NCBI RefSeq assembly: GCF_006345805.1
Contig: NC_043000.1
Coordinates: 37,262,001-37,326,000, forward strand
From: Octopus sinensis
Taxonomy: Eukaryota
Direction: 5' to 3'
DNA: 64,000 nucleotides
Below are positions 1 through 12,969 of the stretch, in pieces (position 1 is the first letter of the stretch; the number at the start of each line of letters is the position of its first letter). The notes under the pieces are model-generated. The model searched no databases, had not been told where the DNA came from, and saw only the letters and a program-made list of their open reading frames with translations. Both the position numbers and the translations under genes were made by a program.

Positions 1-800
1 ATAAGTGGGGTTGCCTTAAACTCACAAGACAAGAAAAGAATAGAATAAAGCATGATGGAAGGACAAACACAGGATCCTTAGTATGGAGGAGATAAGAGCT
101 ACTTATCCTGCATTATATGAGAGTGGGTGGGAGTAACTAGGAGAACAAAGATGGTGATGACAAAATGCCAAAGTGAACTCTCATGATACAAGAAAGTGAA
201 TGTAAGAAGGAAAACAAACTGTGAACTGAGAGGCAAAAGGATGTAGTTTCATAAGAGTAGGGCATAAGATGGTTAGAGGTCAGGGTAGGAGTGAATGCAG
301 TATGTAATGGGAAGGGGTGGAGGTGTGGTTGAAGGGAAATATCGGTATGGGGGAGAGGATTGAGGTAAGAGAGATAGAAGTTATTCAGGAAGGAGAATAT
401 TAAGGAGAGGAAAGTAGGAGGAGTGTGATGTGCAAGTTGTAATAATAGGGAGGGAGGGAGGGAGTTGTACATTGACAGAGATGGAGATAAAAGGGATATA
501 AGGCTGGTTTTAGTGAGTGAAGAAAGAGAGTGTGGGGAGACACTGATGGCAGATATGAAAGGTCATTGCGAATGATGACAGATGTGAGAGGTGTTAAAGA
601 TGAGATATGTCAGATTGTAGCTGTACATCAGAAGGAGCAGAGATAACTGAAGACACAGACAGGTGATTGGTAAACATAGTGCGGGATGGATGTTAATAGG
701 AAGTAGTTCTTTGAGAAGGAGGTAACTTGTAATGCAAAAGAGGAATCAAATATGTACTGATAGAAGAATGATGGAGGAATGAATGTTATGAGGATGAAAA
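1..800 (-). mobile_element. Heavily decayed LINE-like (RT-derived) fragment
   Basis: Purine-skewed + strand; minus-strand reading HTPPTFLSLIFSFLNN loosely resembles the RT segment G.P..L..WI.SFL..R; no intact frame. Confidence 0.25.
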
Positions 801-2383
801 TGTGGGAAATGCTTGACTGGGCCCAGCATGTACAGGTTTAGATAAGGTGCTTACAGGGAACCTTTTGCCATCACAAATGCGTTGTCTCAAGCACAGAAAA
901 TTGCCAATCATCTCAGTCCGTTGCCATCTCTTCCATGAGACTCAACTTGAGATCAGCCTTCACAAATTAATCCCATGTCTTCATGAGTTTGCCTCTTACA
1001 CAAGTTCCACTCATTTTAAGTAACCATCACTTCTCTATACAGCTGTCTTCATCCATACTCATCACAAGACTAAACTTTTATGAAGGTCTTTACGCACCAG
1101 TACCCTGTATGAAAGTTAAAGCATCAACCATCCCCTGCCTTCCATTTCCATTCTCTTCTGGTAGGCCCAAGTTTAGTTATATAGTTCTGGGTTTGACCCC
1201 ACTGTGCAGCACCTAGTATAAATGCTTTTTACACAAGTTTCAAGTTGACCAATATCTTATCAGAGGAGTTTGGTCAATGAAAATTGTGCTTCATTCTGTA
1301 ATGTATGTCTTCATTAATGTTTAGTGGTTTAAAAATCAGTGCTGTGAACTTTAGCATTTTGTCAGAGATCACTAAAGAAAAATTACAAGGCAGAAACATG
1401 TACTAGGGTTGACATGAATGAGTAACTAAGACATGTGAAGACAGTGCCCCAGCATGACCACAGTCCATGTATTGGCAACTTGTATTTTCCATATTCAACA
1501 AATTTTGTTCAATATACTTAATTTGCAAGTTCAGTTTAAAGTTTGTTTCGTTTTTAAGTTCTATAATTTTTGGGCTGGTAACATCCATGTTGAGGATATT
1601 TTTCTGTTTTGTATGCTGTACTTTTTTAATTCCTATGCTCTGTAGCTATAGGTGTGAAATGGTTTATGCTTCAGATTTGATGATTGCATATGCAACAAGT
1701 AGCAGGTGTAAACAAATTACACTAATGTTTCACTCTTATCTTTTGTCCATTAATTCCCACACATTAATATTTCTAATGTCATTGACACTGCTGGATTGAA
1801 TAGTATTGCCCAGGTGTCGAAACTATAGTGATATTCAATAGGCAGCTGATGATGGATATATTCTTTTGATGTTAACCTATTGTATCTTGTGTTCTCATGG
1901 TTCTAAGCTGTCCTTCATTTAAATTCTAGCTCTCGTAATGTTGAAATTGTTTAGGGGTTCTGGTTTATGGTGGTTTTCTTGTATATATAATATTCATTAT
2001 TGATGTTGCATGATTATCCTTCACAGGGATTCCAATTCTGTCACAGGAGATACTAGCTTAAGGTTTCTAGTTTATAAAGGTTTTGTTGCATATATGCACC
2101 AAGTTTATTTTCAAGTAATCCCTTTTACATAAGGAGAAGAGAGACAGTCCACATGACCTTTGCATGGTCATGCTTTTGATGACCATGATTTCTGATCAAG
2201 GCTTTTGATGTGGTGATGCCTAACCTGAATTTCTGTAAATTAGTGCAAGTAGAAAAAACCTAGGTGAGGGAGGAGAGTACGGTGCTGATTGAAATGTCTG
2301 GTTTGTTGGTTGGATTTTGTTTAACTCCATGTTGGACCTGATTACTGTTTTAATCCTCAGATATCCAGTTTTTCATTTGTCAC

Positions 2384-2812
2384 CATCATTATCATTTAAC
2401 GTCCGTTTTTCATGCTAGCATGGGTTGGACGGTTCAACCAGGGTCTGGGAAGCCAGGAGGCTGCACCAGGCTCCAGTCTGATCTGGCAGAGTTTCTACTG
2501 CTGGATGCCCTTCCTAATGCCAACCACTCTGTGAGTGTAGTGGGTGCTTGCTTTTTACGTGCCACCAGCACAGGAGCCAAAGGAGGTTGGCAACAGCCAC
2601 AATCAGATGGTGCCTTTTACGTGCCACCGGCACGGAAGCCAGTCAAGATGGCACTGGCATCAGCCATGTTTGGATGGCACTTTTTACATGCCACCGGCAT
2701 GGGTATCACAACTACAATTTCTATTTGATTTTCATTTTCATATTGATGTACTTGACTCAATAGGTCTCCTCAAGCACAGCAGGTCACCCTATGATCCAAG
2801 GTACTCATTAAC
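2384..2812 (-). mobile_element. 5'-truncated copy of the RTE LINE 3' end (family A) with (ATG)n tail
   Basis: Reverse complement matches the 3' UTR/tail of the RTE at 10850-11050 (ggatgcccttcctaa, ccatgctggcatgggttgg, tttttacgtgccaccggcac subrepeats). Confidence 0.75.
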
Positions 2813-2819
2813 AATCAAT

Positions 2820-3020
2820 ATCATCATCATCATCATCTATCATCTATTTCCCATGACATGGGTAGGATAGTTTGTCGGGAACCAACAAGCCAGAGGACTG
2901 TGCTGAGCTCCAATGTCTACTTTGGCATGGTTTCCACAGCTGGATGACCTTTCCTAACACCAGCCACTTTACAGAGTGTACCAGGTGCATTTTTGTTTTT
3001 GGAACTAGCATTAATGAGGT
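2820..3020 (-). mobile_element. Older diverged family-A-related copy
   Basis: catcatcat tail plus acagctggatgacctttcctaacaccagccac, similar to family A. Confidence 0.5.
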
Positions 3021-5029
3021 CACCAATCAAACTACAAGACCCCCTCCAATAACTGGTGGGTGTAGGATTGAGGTAGGTGGCAAGGTATTGAAAGGTAAAA
3101 GCATGATAGAGGGACAAGAACAGGTGCCTTACTGTAAAAGAGAAATATGGCTTCCTCAAAAATAAAATGAAAAAGAAAGATGGTGAGGGGTATCCTCAAG
3201 ACACAAGGAAGAGAATAGGGATAGAATACTGAAAAGTGTGGGTGTGTAGGTAAATTCATGAGTGTGAAAGGAGAATGACAGATGGTTAAGGATGGGGATA
3301 TCATCTACACTGATAATACCAAAATGTCAAATGGAATAAGATATGTCAGCTGATAGGGTAGCACCTTAAAGTATTATCAACAGGTTTGCACTGCCGCTGC
3401 CACCACCACCACCATCACCACCTCAATTCTTTGCTAAAGAGTCTTTGAGTCATTCCTGAAAAATCTTTTCCACTACTGCTATCCTCTCTCAAACTACAAT
3501 CAGTAGCCCAGTTTGAGACATGGTGGGATTGGAAGCATATTGAGACAGAGCATCTGCTACTATAAATTGTTAATTAGAGTGTATCTAGTTGAAAAAAATT
3601 TTCTATTTTTACCTATGAATTATGAATATAAGATGCAAAGAAGAATTTAGATTTGAGCTAAAGTTTCAGCAGTGTCAAACAGGTGTATATTTAGTAGAAT
3701 ATGTTGAATAACTAAAGTGAGCTGGTTTATTATAAAAAAGAAAGAAAAATAAAAGGAAAAATTGTTAGATATTTCCTCTCACTAATAAACTTAGTTTTAT
3801 CTTCATATATAAGTTCTTGTTAAACCCCCAAGTCAACCCTAACTGAGCAGACCTATGATCAAAAGTATTTTATTTATGATTGTCTATGCCTTTTAGGAGT
3901 TTCTAGGACTTACATTATACACTTATTCAGTTCCTTTTCATTAAATACAATGAAATTTAAGAAAGATTTGGCAGATTTTTCTAGCAAATTGAGTGACTCT
4001 ACAGACATTCTTTCATTTATATAAATACTAATAAGTCTTGTGTGCCATGATGGAAAAGTAAATTGTAAACTTACAAGCAGAGTACCCTTTTCTAAATACA
4101 ATCATTGTTTCCTTCTTCAAATCTTACTGTTTTTACTTGCTAATTCTTACTGATTCTACTGTTTTCTTTGCTATGATATGTTTATTCATGATCCATCATT
4201 TACACAGGATAGATTACCACAATCAAAATCACTTGCTTCTCTCTTGATGTGTGTGTGTGCGTGTGTGTGTAAAATATATGTTACTCGGGATCTTCAGTGG
4301 TTACTTGGTATTGATCTTGTACAGGTGGGAGAGAGAAGTTTCCCCCTACTCCTACATTTGTTAACACATGGAACGGGATTCTATTCTTGATTGAGGTTTT
4401 ATCTGGATTAAAACGGATTAAGATTAGCCTAATAGTGTTGAGTAACATAGAAATATAAAAAAAATGATTGTAAAGAAACAAAAGATAAACCGACAGACAT
4501 GATGTATGTCAGGTATTTTCTGAACTCGTTTAGCCATTAGTTACATGAAGTAATTATTTATTAGTATTTACTAAGAAATCCACAAGGTAAACCAGATATC
4601 AAGAGTTTGGTTAGCAGCTATAAAGGACAATTGTTTACTCGTTAGTTTTCCTACACATTTCACCACTGATTGAGAATGTAACTCTAATCTTTCATGGTGA
4701 TCATAGAGTGACACACTGAGATTACAGACTTAAATCCAAAGTCATTAACTTGGTAGCAGAATGTCTCTTCAATAATATTTTGTTGTTGTTTGGTATTTTT
4801 AATTTCTATTTTTTATTTATTATATATTTTACCTGTTTATACCTCACCAACAGACACATGACAGATGAACTTAGTAACAGCTCAACAGACAGCTAGGACT
4901 AAGCATCATTTCTCTGAGCTGGAGGCATATAGTAATTTAACACATTAGATAAATGAACATTATTAAGAATGAAACCACAACAAATTTAACATATTCAGTC
5001 TGTTACAATAATTGCAAGTCTAATTTTAG

Positions 5030-5119
5030 GATACACACATTTACACACAGAGATACATACAAATATATACATACATATATACACTCACTCACATATATAC
5101 ATACACACATACACAAACA

Positions 5120-5155
<36 letters not shown>
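5030..5155. repeat. Compound CA/TA and (TG)n microsatellite
   Basis: Directly visible. Confidence 0.9.
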
Positions 5156-5158
<3 letters not shown>

Positions 5159-5464
5159 TATCCTGTCCACCTCACCAAGGCTTCACAGTAACCACTATAC
5201 CTTGACCTTCTTTTCAAGAACATTACCTCCCTAGCATTCCTTCTTTGCCCTTCTTTTCATGGAATCTACCAGCATCCAGTTGTTTATGTAAAATATTGAC
5301 CAAATCAATACTAAACTTGGGTTCTAGGATCAAATGAACAACTAAATCATCGAATTATAAGTGCAAGTTGCTGAATATTCCACAGACACTAGTATGCTTA
5401 ACACAATACTCAGTATGATATAGTCTGGGAGAAGCTTGGGCCAGAGAAGTCACCCAAAGAGCTT

Positions 5465-5605
5465 CTACAGAGATTCTGTTTACCTAGATCCACTCTTAAG
5501 ATTTGGCCAACTGAAGCTTTGATAAAAGACATTTGCCCAAGATGCTTTGCACTGGGGTTGAACCAGTCATTGCAACTGCGATGCAAACTTCTAAGCCATA
5601 AATGT
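5465..5605 (-). mobile_element. Diverged tRNA-derived SINE (family B) 5' part
   Basis: aagacatttgcccaagatgc...ttgaacc matches family B copies at 33041 and 56248. Confidence 0.55.
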
Positions 5606-5607
5606 AT

Positions 5608-5795
5608 GTTCACACACACACACAAACATACACACACAACACACACACACAAACATGCAACACACACAACACACAAACACGCAACACACACAACACACGC
5701 ACACATGTACACACACAGAACACACACACACCACAAACACACACACGCACAACACACACACAAACAAACACACATGCACAACACACACATACAAA
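5608..5795. repeat. Degenerate CA-rich microsatellite
   Basis: Directly visible; accounts for the His/Thr and Cys/Val ORFs in the track. Confidence 0.9.
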
Positions 5796-7584
5796 CTAAC
5801 ATAGTCATAATGAAATTTGTCCACAACCTTTGGTGTACCTACACACAGTGAATATTATAACCTTCAAATTGTATTTGTTCTCACTTTCAGCTGAAGCAGT
5901 TACTTTGAAGTAATATATTTTATAAGATTATTTTTCTTAAAGGTCTCCCCAAATAATAGTTCTTTCCAATCTTCTCTTGAAGCCAACACAATATTCAGCA
6001 TGTAACATGCCAACAACAATTGAAAAACTTTGTTTCTTACATTTACTTTTTCTTTCTCTCTCTCTTTCAACACTACTGTTGACTGAGTTTGATCTCATCA
6101 CTGTTGTTGATGAAGATTACTATAATTTAGCAACAAAAGGCAAAGTAAATTTGACATGGAAATGTTTTCCCAAGAAAGTTATAAAATTATAAAACAACCA
6201 TTTCTGAACCATGATCACAAGTATGGATCTGCTAACCTATGCAACTTGATGCAAGAGAAAATGGTAAAAAACAAAATAGCAAAGCAATCCTTGTTGCTGT
6301 TGTTGTTGTTGGTGGTGGTGATGACGGTAGGGAAATGGTGAATTTTAGATTTGTGTTGACAGATCTTTTGTGATGTGGCGTTTCAGATTTTTTATGGTAT
6401 GGATTTTCAATGTGAAACCCACCACTACCAAATTTTCTTTTTCCTTTTTTGTTCACAACACTAACACCACACCGAAGATTGAATCAATTAGAATGGGAGG
6501 TTCAACATAGAAAGTATGAATCATTGCAAATCAACATGTTTACCTCTGTAACATTTCAGTTCCACTTAAGTGGTTCTAGAAAAACAAGTGGCACTCAATA
6601 TATCAGTTGAGGTGGCATATGTTGTTTTTGGAAAATTAAAAAGATTAAGTGTGGATAATATAATGACAATAATTCACTCCACGCTCTGTTAACAGCTATT
6701 TTATATTACCAAACAATTACAAATCCATCTTTTTCAATAAATGATTTGTCACACATGCATGTTTTAATGCATACAACTATTAAAAGTGCAAACTATACTA
6801 ACCCACTGATTAGGGAATCAGGATTTTAATTTTCCCTTTGAATAAATACAACATGGCATGTTGATGACTCTTTAACCTTGTAGGGGACTAAAGCAACCTC
6901 ACTAGTGTTGATGAAATGATATAATGATGAGATGATATAAAGCACCCACTAAAAGGTGTAAAGTGATTAGTAAACGAATGGAGACCCTTTAGCTCTGCTG
7001 AAGAAATGACAATCTCTCTCGAGTTGTTAAGACAATAAAATTTACCCAATATACTCTATAAAGTGTTTGGTGCTAGGAAGGGTGTCAAGCTCTAGAAGTC
7101 ATGCCTGAATTGGAACATACAAATAATACATGGTCCTTTAATCCACCTATGATTGCACTAACTTAAAATGATAACTGACTTGGTTCGTGGGGATCTGCTT
7201 GAACAATGCCCACATGAAAAGCAGAATAATAATGAAAATTGTGAGGTCATTTTACCACAACTATTAGACTTTCTGTAAAATAAAGTACACTACATGTTTC
7301 ATAATGTATGCATATACAATATGCACTATTTGATTGACAAATATAATTGACTAAAAAGAACAACTGTTTTCAAAATAAGTGCTTTTACTTTCTAGCACTG
7401 AATATACTACTCCATGATTTCTGTGGTATCTTGAGCTCTTCAAAGCTGACATGGGAAAGTAATAATGTTATATAATATAATACAATTATGAGGGTACATT
7501 ACAAACAAAACATTTCATGGTACTATATCCACTCTTCAACTGTATAAACAACTTACAATTGTCTTGAGTGGAGTGATACACATA

Positions 7585-7690
7585 CATCCATATCATAATA
7601 AAAAATGGAAATTGTAGTTGTGATACCCATGCTGGTGGCATGTAAAAAGCACCCACTACACTCTTGGAGTGGTTGGGATAAGGAAGGACG
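7585..7690 (+). mobile_element. Family A (RTE 3' end) fragment
   Basis: aaatggaaattgtagttgtgataccc...gtaaaaagcacccactacactcttggagtggttgg. Confidence 0.65.
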
Positions 7691-7794
7691 TACATATGTA
7701 TAAGTATATATGTTTATGTGCTTGTTTTACAAGATTCTTGATGTGAAATTGTATGTTGAAACAGAAACTGTTATATTTGGAGATGGTTTGCTGA

Positions 7795-7919
7795 GGCTGA
7801 CTTTGGCTTTCATCCTTTCAGGCTCGTTAAATTAAGTACCAGTGAAACACTGGAATCAATGTAATTGATTAGTTACCCCACCACACGAAATTTCAGGCAT
7901 TGTGTCTTTAGTAGAAAGG

Positions 7920-7968
<49 letters not shown>
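7795..7968 (+). mobile_element. tRNA-derived SINE family D, 3' half, with (ATT)n tail
   Basis: gactttggctttcatcctttc...ttaagtaccag...gaaatttcaggcattgtg matches the copies at 21528 and 23789. Confidence 0.65.
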
Positions 7969-8121
7969 GATTATTTGTCAAAGTTCTGTAACTTCTTCAA
8001 TGTCATTTCTGTCCCATGTGTCTCCTCTTGTCCTGTGTATTCCATTTTGTATTCTTGAAGACAAAGAGTCACTGAAGAGGTCATAGAATGTGTGATAAAA
8101 GAATACTAACAAATAAACTAA

Positions 8122-8380
8122 TGATCATCATCATCATCATCATCATCATTTAGCGTCCGCTTTTCATGCTGGCCTGGGTTGGATGGTGCAACTGGTGTCT
8201 GGGAAGCCAGAAGGCTGCACCAGGCCCAGTCTGATCTGGCAATGTTTCTACGGCTGGTGCCCTTCCTAACGCCAACCACTCCATGAGTGTAGTGGATGCT
8301 TTTTATGTGCCAGACGAGGCTGGAAAACGGTGCTTTTTACGTGCCACCGGCACAGAGGACAGGCGAGGCTGGCAACGGAT
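8122..8380 (-). mobile_element. Family A (RTE 3' end) copy
   Basis: (CAT)n tail then tttagcgtccgcttttcatgctggc...cccttcctaacgccaaccactcc. Confidence 0.75.
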
Positions 8381-8420
8381 ATATAATAATAATAATAAAA
8401 ATAATAATAATAATAATAAA

Positions 8421-8975
8421 TGCATTGATGCAGTACCAGGCAGTGGTTCTCATGGCTTCTGATCTTAACTGATTGGAAGTGTTATCATGTACATTGTTTT
8501 GTCTTGGTGTAAAACATGGGCTACAGCAAATATTCTGCTCAATACCACAGATTTGCTTGTCATTTGTTTGACCTTAACCAGTTTGAGCATGTCCCTTAGT
8601 GGCTGACGATATATGCATCTCTGATCATGAGCAGAAGTAGTGAAGGAGCATCATAGCTATGTATTGAAAGGAATTCTTAGAGGTTTGGATAATTCACCTT
8701 TGGAAAAATGGGTGGTTCGTTCAACATCCTTAAACAATCCTTATTCAGGGACCTCTTGACCGGGATGTGCTACTCGATCTGAAGAAAATTCTAACTGAGC
8801 TCCACCTGCAAGGTCATGCACTGTTTATCTTGATATGAGATCACCATGTCGCACACATATGGTTGTGATGCATGTGCCTGGTATACCTTTATCAGACAGG
8901 TAGTCATGATGGGTATACTGGGCTTCGTATATATTACCCTAGTGTCACTTTGATGGTATGCACTACACTCTCACT
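8421..8975. mobile_element. Unclassified interspersed repeat (family C) embedded in (TAA)n tracts
   Basis: Part of it is the reverse complement of 31905-32150; bounded by (AAT)n and (AAC)/(ATT)n runs. Confidence 0.65.
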
Positions 8976-9679
8976 AAACAACAACAACAACAACAATTAT
9001 TATTATTATTATAAAGTGAAAATCCAATAAATAGTGCATGTGTTTGATTGGCAAAAGGTGGCCTTCCCTAAATATAACAATCTTTCTCTCAACATATATA
9101 TTTGGTCAATGGGAGATGGAAGTTGGAAGATACGAGAATTTTTATTAATCACTACAACTGTTTTGACCCCTCTAGCGTTGAACCCTGATGGGTGGGATAC
9201 TTAACAAATGAATCAGGAGCATCCTGATGATGCAGATGTGTCCCTTTGAGTGATAAATAGATATAACTTGTTAAAATAACAGCTCCACAAATACATAACA
9301 AACACTGTGAATTTGATTGTGCTTTACCAGTAAGCAACCAGGTATAATCCATTCATTTTTTCATCTAATAATACATCTATCTATATAGCTATCTATCTAT
9401 CAGCAATACAGAGTAGGACTCAAAGTTAGTTGAGGATATGATAAACTCTTTAGCATTGATACCACAATATATACACCCTGTACATTCTAAAACATGGTTG
9501 CTGCTACAAAGGCTGTCCAGTTTGAGGAAGCATGGCCAAAAATGGACTGTATGAGCCATAGTCTTTGACCTGTTTAAGATGTTAGTAATCCTCATGCAAA
9601 ACTGGTCTGTTCTGTGATGTCCCATCCAACTTAAAGTATAGAAAAGCATGCATAAAAATAACGATGATATATATACATA

Positions 9680-10650
9680 CAACAGGTTTGTGCCAGGCAG
9701 GAGCATGATTGATGCTATATTCTTGGTTAGGCAACTGCAGGAGAAATATTTAGCCAAAAATAAACCTCTGTACCTGGCTTTTGTTGACATAGAAAAAGCC
9801 TTTGACAGAGTCACCCACTTACTTATTTGGTGGTCAATGTGGAAGCTAGAGATAGATGAGTGGTTGGTGAGAGCTGTGCAAGCCATGTACAGGGGTGCTG
9901 TCAGTGAGGTGAAGGTTGGCAATGAGTATAACAATGAAATCAGGGTACAAGTAGGGGTTCACCAAGGATCTGTCCTCAGCCCCCTTTTATTCATCATAGT
10001 CCTCCAGACAATAACAGAGGAATTTAAGATGGGTTGCCCATAGGGGTTCCTCTATGCTGATGACCTTGCTCTTATAGCTGAATCCCTAGCAGAACCAGAG
10101 AAAAAAATTCAGGTGTGGACACAAGGTCTAGAATCAAGAGGCCATAGACTTAATCTAGCAAAAACCAAAGTCTTAGTAAGGAAGAAAGCAGACAAATCAC
10201 AAATCCCTTCAGGTACATGGCCTTGCTCAATCTGTAGAAAAGGTTTAGGCAGAAACTCCATAAAATGTACCTGGTTTAAGCTATGGACACATAAGAGGTG
10301 CAGCAATATCAGATGAAAGTTAACATAGAAAACAGATTTTGTGTGTGGAAGATGCACAGGTACAATAAACATTTAAAAGGTACAGAAAATAGAGAGAAAA
10401 TTTGAGCATTAAAGGCATCAAATGTGGTGTGTAAGAAAGATGTCTGTTTTAGTATGGTCATGTGATGCATATGGACAAGGATAACTGTGTAAAGAAGTGG
10501 CACGCTCTAACTGTGGAGGGAACCTGTGAAAGGGGTAGACCCAGGAAGACATGAGATAAGGTGGTGAAGCATGATCTTCAAACGCTGGGCCTCACGGAGG
10601 CAATGACAAGTGACTGAGAGCTTTGGCTATATGCCGTGCTTTTGAAGACT
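9680..10650 (+). pseudogene. Reverse transcriptase ORF2 remnant (RTE)
   Basis: AFVDIEKAFDRV, GVHQGSVLSPLLF, in-frame TAG at 10041-10043, then LYADDL (10053-10064), NLAKTKV and WPCSICRK; stops, frameshifts and an internal deletion. Confidence 0.9.
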
Positions 10651-11050
10651 CATAAAGCCAAGTGAAATCATAACCATGGCTGATGCTGGTGTCACGTAAC
10701 TGGCACCCATGCTGGTGGTACGTAAAAAGCACCCTTTGAACATTGGGCCTCAGGGAGGCAATGACAAGTGACTGGGAGCTTTGATGATATGCCATGCTTG
10801 AGAAAACCCGTGAAGCCAAGTGAAATCATAGTCATCGCCGATGCTCGTGTCACATAATTGGCACCTGTACCAATGGCATGTAAAATGCATTCATTACACT
10901 CTTGGAGTTATTGGTGTTAGGAAGAGAATCCAGCAGTAGAAACCATGCCAAATCAGATTGGAACCTAGTGCAGCCCCCGCCAGCTTACCAATTTCAGTCA
11001 AACCATTTAACCCATGTTGGCATGAAAAGTAGATACTAAATGATGATGAT
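9680..11050 (+). mobile_element. 5'-truncated RTE-clade LINE with 3' UTR and (ATG)n tail
   Basis: RT motifs, C-terminal W.GHV.R and GRPRKTW-like segments, then a tail identical in type to family A. Confidence 0.9.
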
Positions 11051-11294
11051 CATACACATACATCTGTACATATATATATTCATCATCGTCATTATCATTT
11101 AATCTCTATTTTCCATAATGGTTTTTGGTGTTAAATGATGATGATGATGATGACAATGATATACATTTATCTATCTATGTGTGTTTGTGTGTGTATTATC
11201 AACATCAATTTTATGTATGTTTTTCTCATACTTTGATTTGGATGAGACATCACAGAGATTTATATATGTACACACATATAAAATAAGTGTGAGA

Positions 11295-11470
11295 ATTGGT
11301 ATGTAGTCAAGAAGTTGGCTGAGTTCAGTTGCATGGTATGGCACCTAAGGCAAGTGTCTTCTACAACAGCCTCAGGCTGAGGAAAATCTTGTGAGAGAAT
11401 TTGTTAAATGGAAACTGTAAGAAGTCTGCCCTGTGTGTGTATGTGGTTGTATGTGTGTGTGTGTAATTGC
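11295..11470 (+). mobile_element. Diverged SINE family B
   Basis: ggcacctaaggcaagtgtcttctac...ggaaactgtaagaag followed by a TG tract. Confidence 0.6.
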
Positions 11471-11868
11471 ACACACACATATATACATATATACATCTAT
11501 TTGTATATATACAACTATATTCATGTTTATATATAAACATGTCTATGTATAAATATATATGTGTGTGTGTGTGTAAAATTACCTTTACAACATACCAACA
11601 ATTGTAAAGTAATAAAACATGACTGTGTATGTGTATAGTGTGTAAGTATATATATATATATATATATATATAGTGTTTGTCATGTTACAAAATAATACTG
11701 AAAAGTTAGTTTAGTGCAATTCGATATTTTTTCAAGATTTGTTCATTATAATATAACAAATATTTATTTAACCCCAGGCTGGTTGCTATTCAGCAAACCT
11801 AAGATGGAAAGAATTCCAGCTGTGACCAGCCCATCTTTTTCATTTTAGAGTGAATATCAAGGTTTACA

Positions 11869-12969
11869 TCCTATACATAAATGGCAATTTCTGTCTGTCT
11901 GTTACCATCTTGCTGCCTACACCAGTGAACCAATCTTGATGAAATATTGCATACATGTTAAACTAACATCTAGTTGAATTATAGGCTAATTGGATTTTTA
12001 AAAAAATTTATAAATTTATATATAGCACGTTTACAAATCAATAACACATCTACTGATATGAATTCAGTAAGGCTTCTGTAAGTCTTAACCATGCACTCCT
12101 TAATGTAAACAGCATGTGACCTTTGTGTGAATGACTCAGCTTTCCAAAAGGTAAACAATTCTGCATGAAGGTCACACTAAGGTCACATTAAGGACATGGT
12201 CAACTGCATGATTCGTGGATAGGACATGGGACAATGTAATAACCAATGATCTGGACATTAGTTCACCATGAGATTAATTTGATGAATTAAATCTAAATCA
12301 TCATAGCATCTTAATCATTCTTATCGTGCAATACGAGATACAGCCACGCTACAAAATGCTATGACATGTGACAACGCCAGCTACAATACGTGGACTATTT
12401 GTCAATGTATTTGTAGATCTGTCTATTTATCTAATTTATTTTCTCAGATGCATATTCGTTTGTTAAATAATATAGGGACATTCCTTATACACCTACTAAT
12501 CAAATTAATAGTTTGTAATACCTATTTTCAGCAATAAACTATTACCATAAATGATGGGTTGGGCATAAAGATGGGAGTAGAACAGGAAACAGGATAGGCG
12601 TGGAAAAGTGTAATGGTAAGCGGGAACTGGGAATAACCCCTGCTTTCCTGGTATTACCAGTCAACTCATTTATTTTACTCAGATGCATATTTATTTATTA
12701 AAATAATGTAGGGACATTCCTTATTCATCCACTAATGTTATTAATTGTTTGTAATACCTACTTTTAGCAATAAACTATTACCACAAAGGTTAATAAAATA
12801 TCTAATGGCTTAATTACACCTAACTGATTCTAAAATATATATACTGACATAGGACTGGGGATAGGAATGGGAGCGGATCTAAAATAGGAACTGAACAGGG
12901 ATGGGAGAGGATACAAAACAGTGAAATGGAAACGGGAACAACCCCAACTTTTCCGGGTAATTCAGCTAG
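11869..12969 (+). mobile_element. Non-autonomous Helitron-like element
   Basis: Inserted between A(11868) and T(12970); starts TC and ends CTAG; subterminal acccc...ccgggt weak hairpin; ctgtctgtctgt near the 5' end; no TSD. Confidence 0.7.

Noticed and set aside
1232-1288. 57-nt imperfect hairpin resembling a pre-miRNA
   Set aside because: Only about 18 interrupted pairs, no convincing lower stem, and no match to a miRNA I recognise.
3030-3330. Purine-skewed tracts (also 26960-27400 and 51100-51420) as possible LINE ORFs
   Set aside because: No diagnostic RT or endonuclease motif could be read with confidence.
5410-5851. His/Thr-rich and Cys/Val-rich ORFs (also 24762-25043, 60728-61488, 61800-62126, 62740-63188)
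   Set aside because: Translations of CA/TG/TA microsatellites.
9389-9934. 181-aa minus-strand ORF
   Set aside because: Mostly the antisense of the RTE RT plus adjacent decayed repeat.
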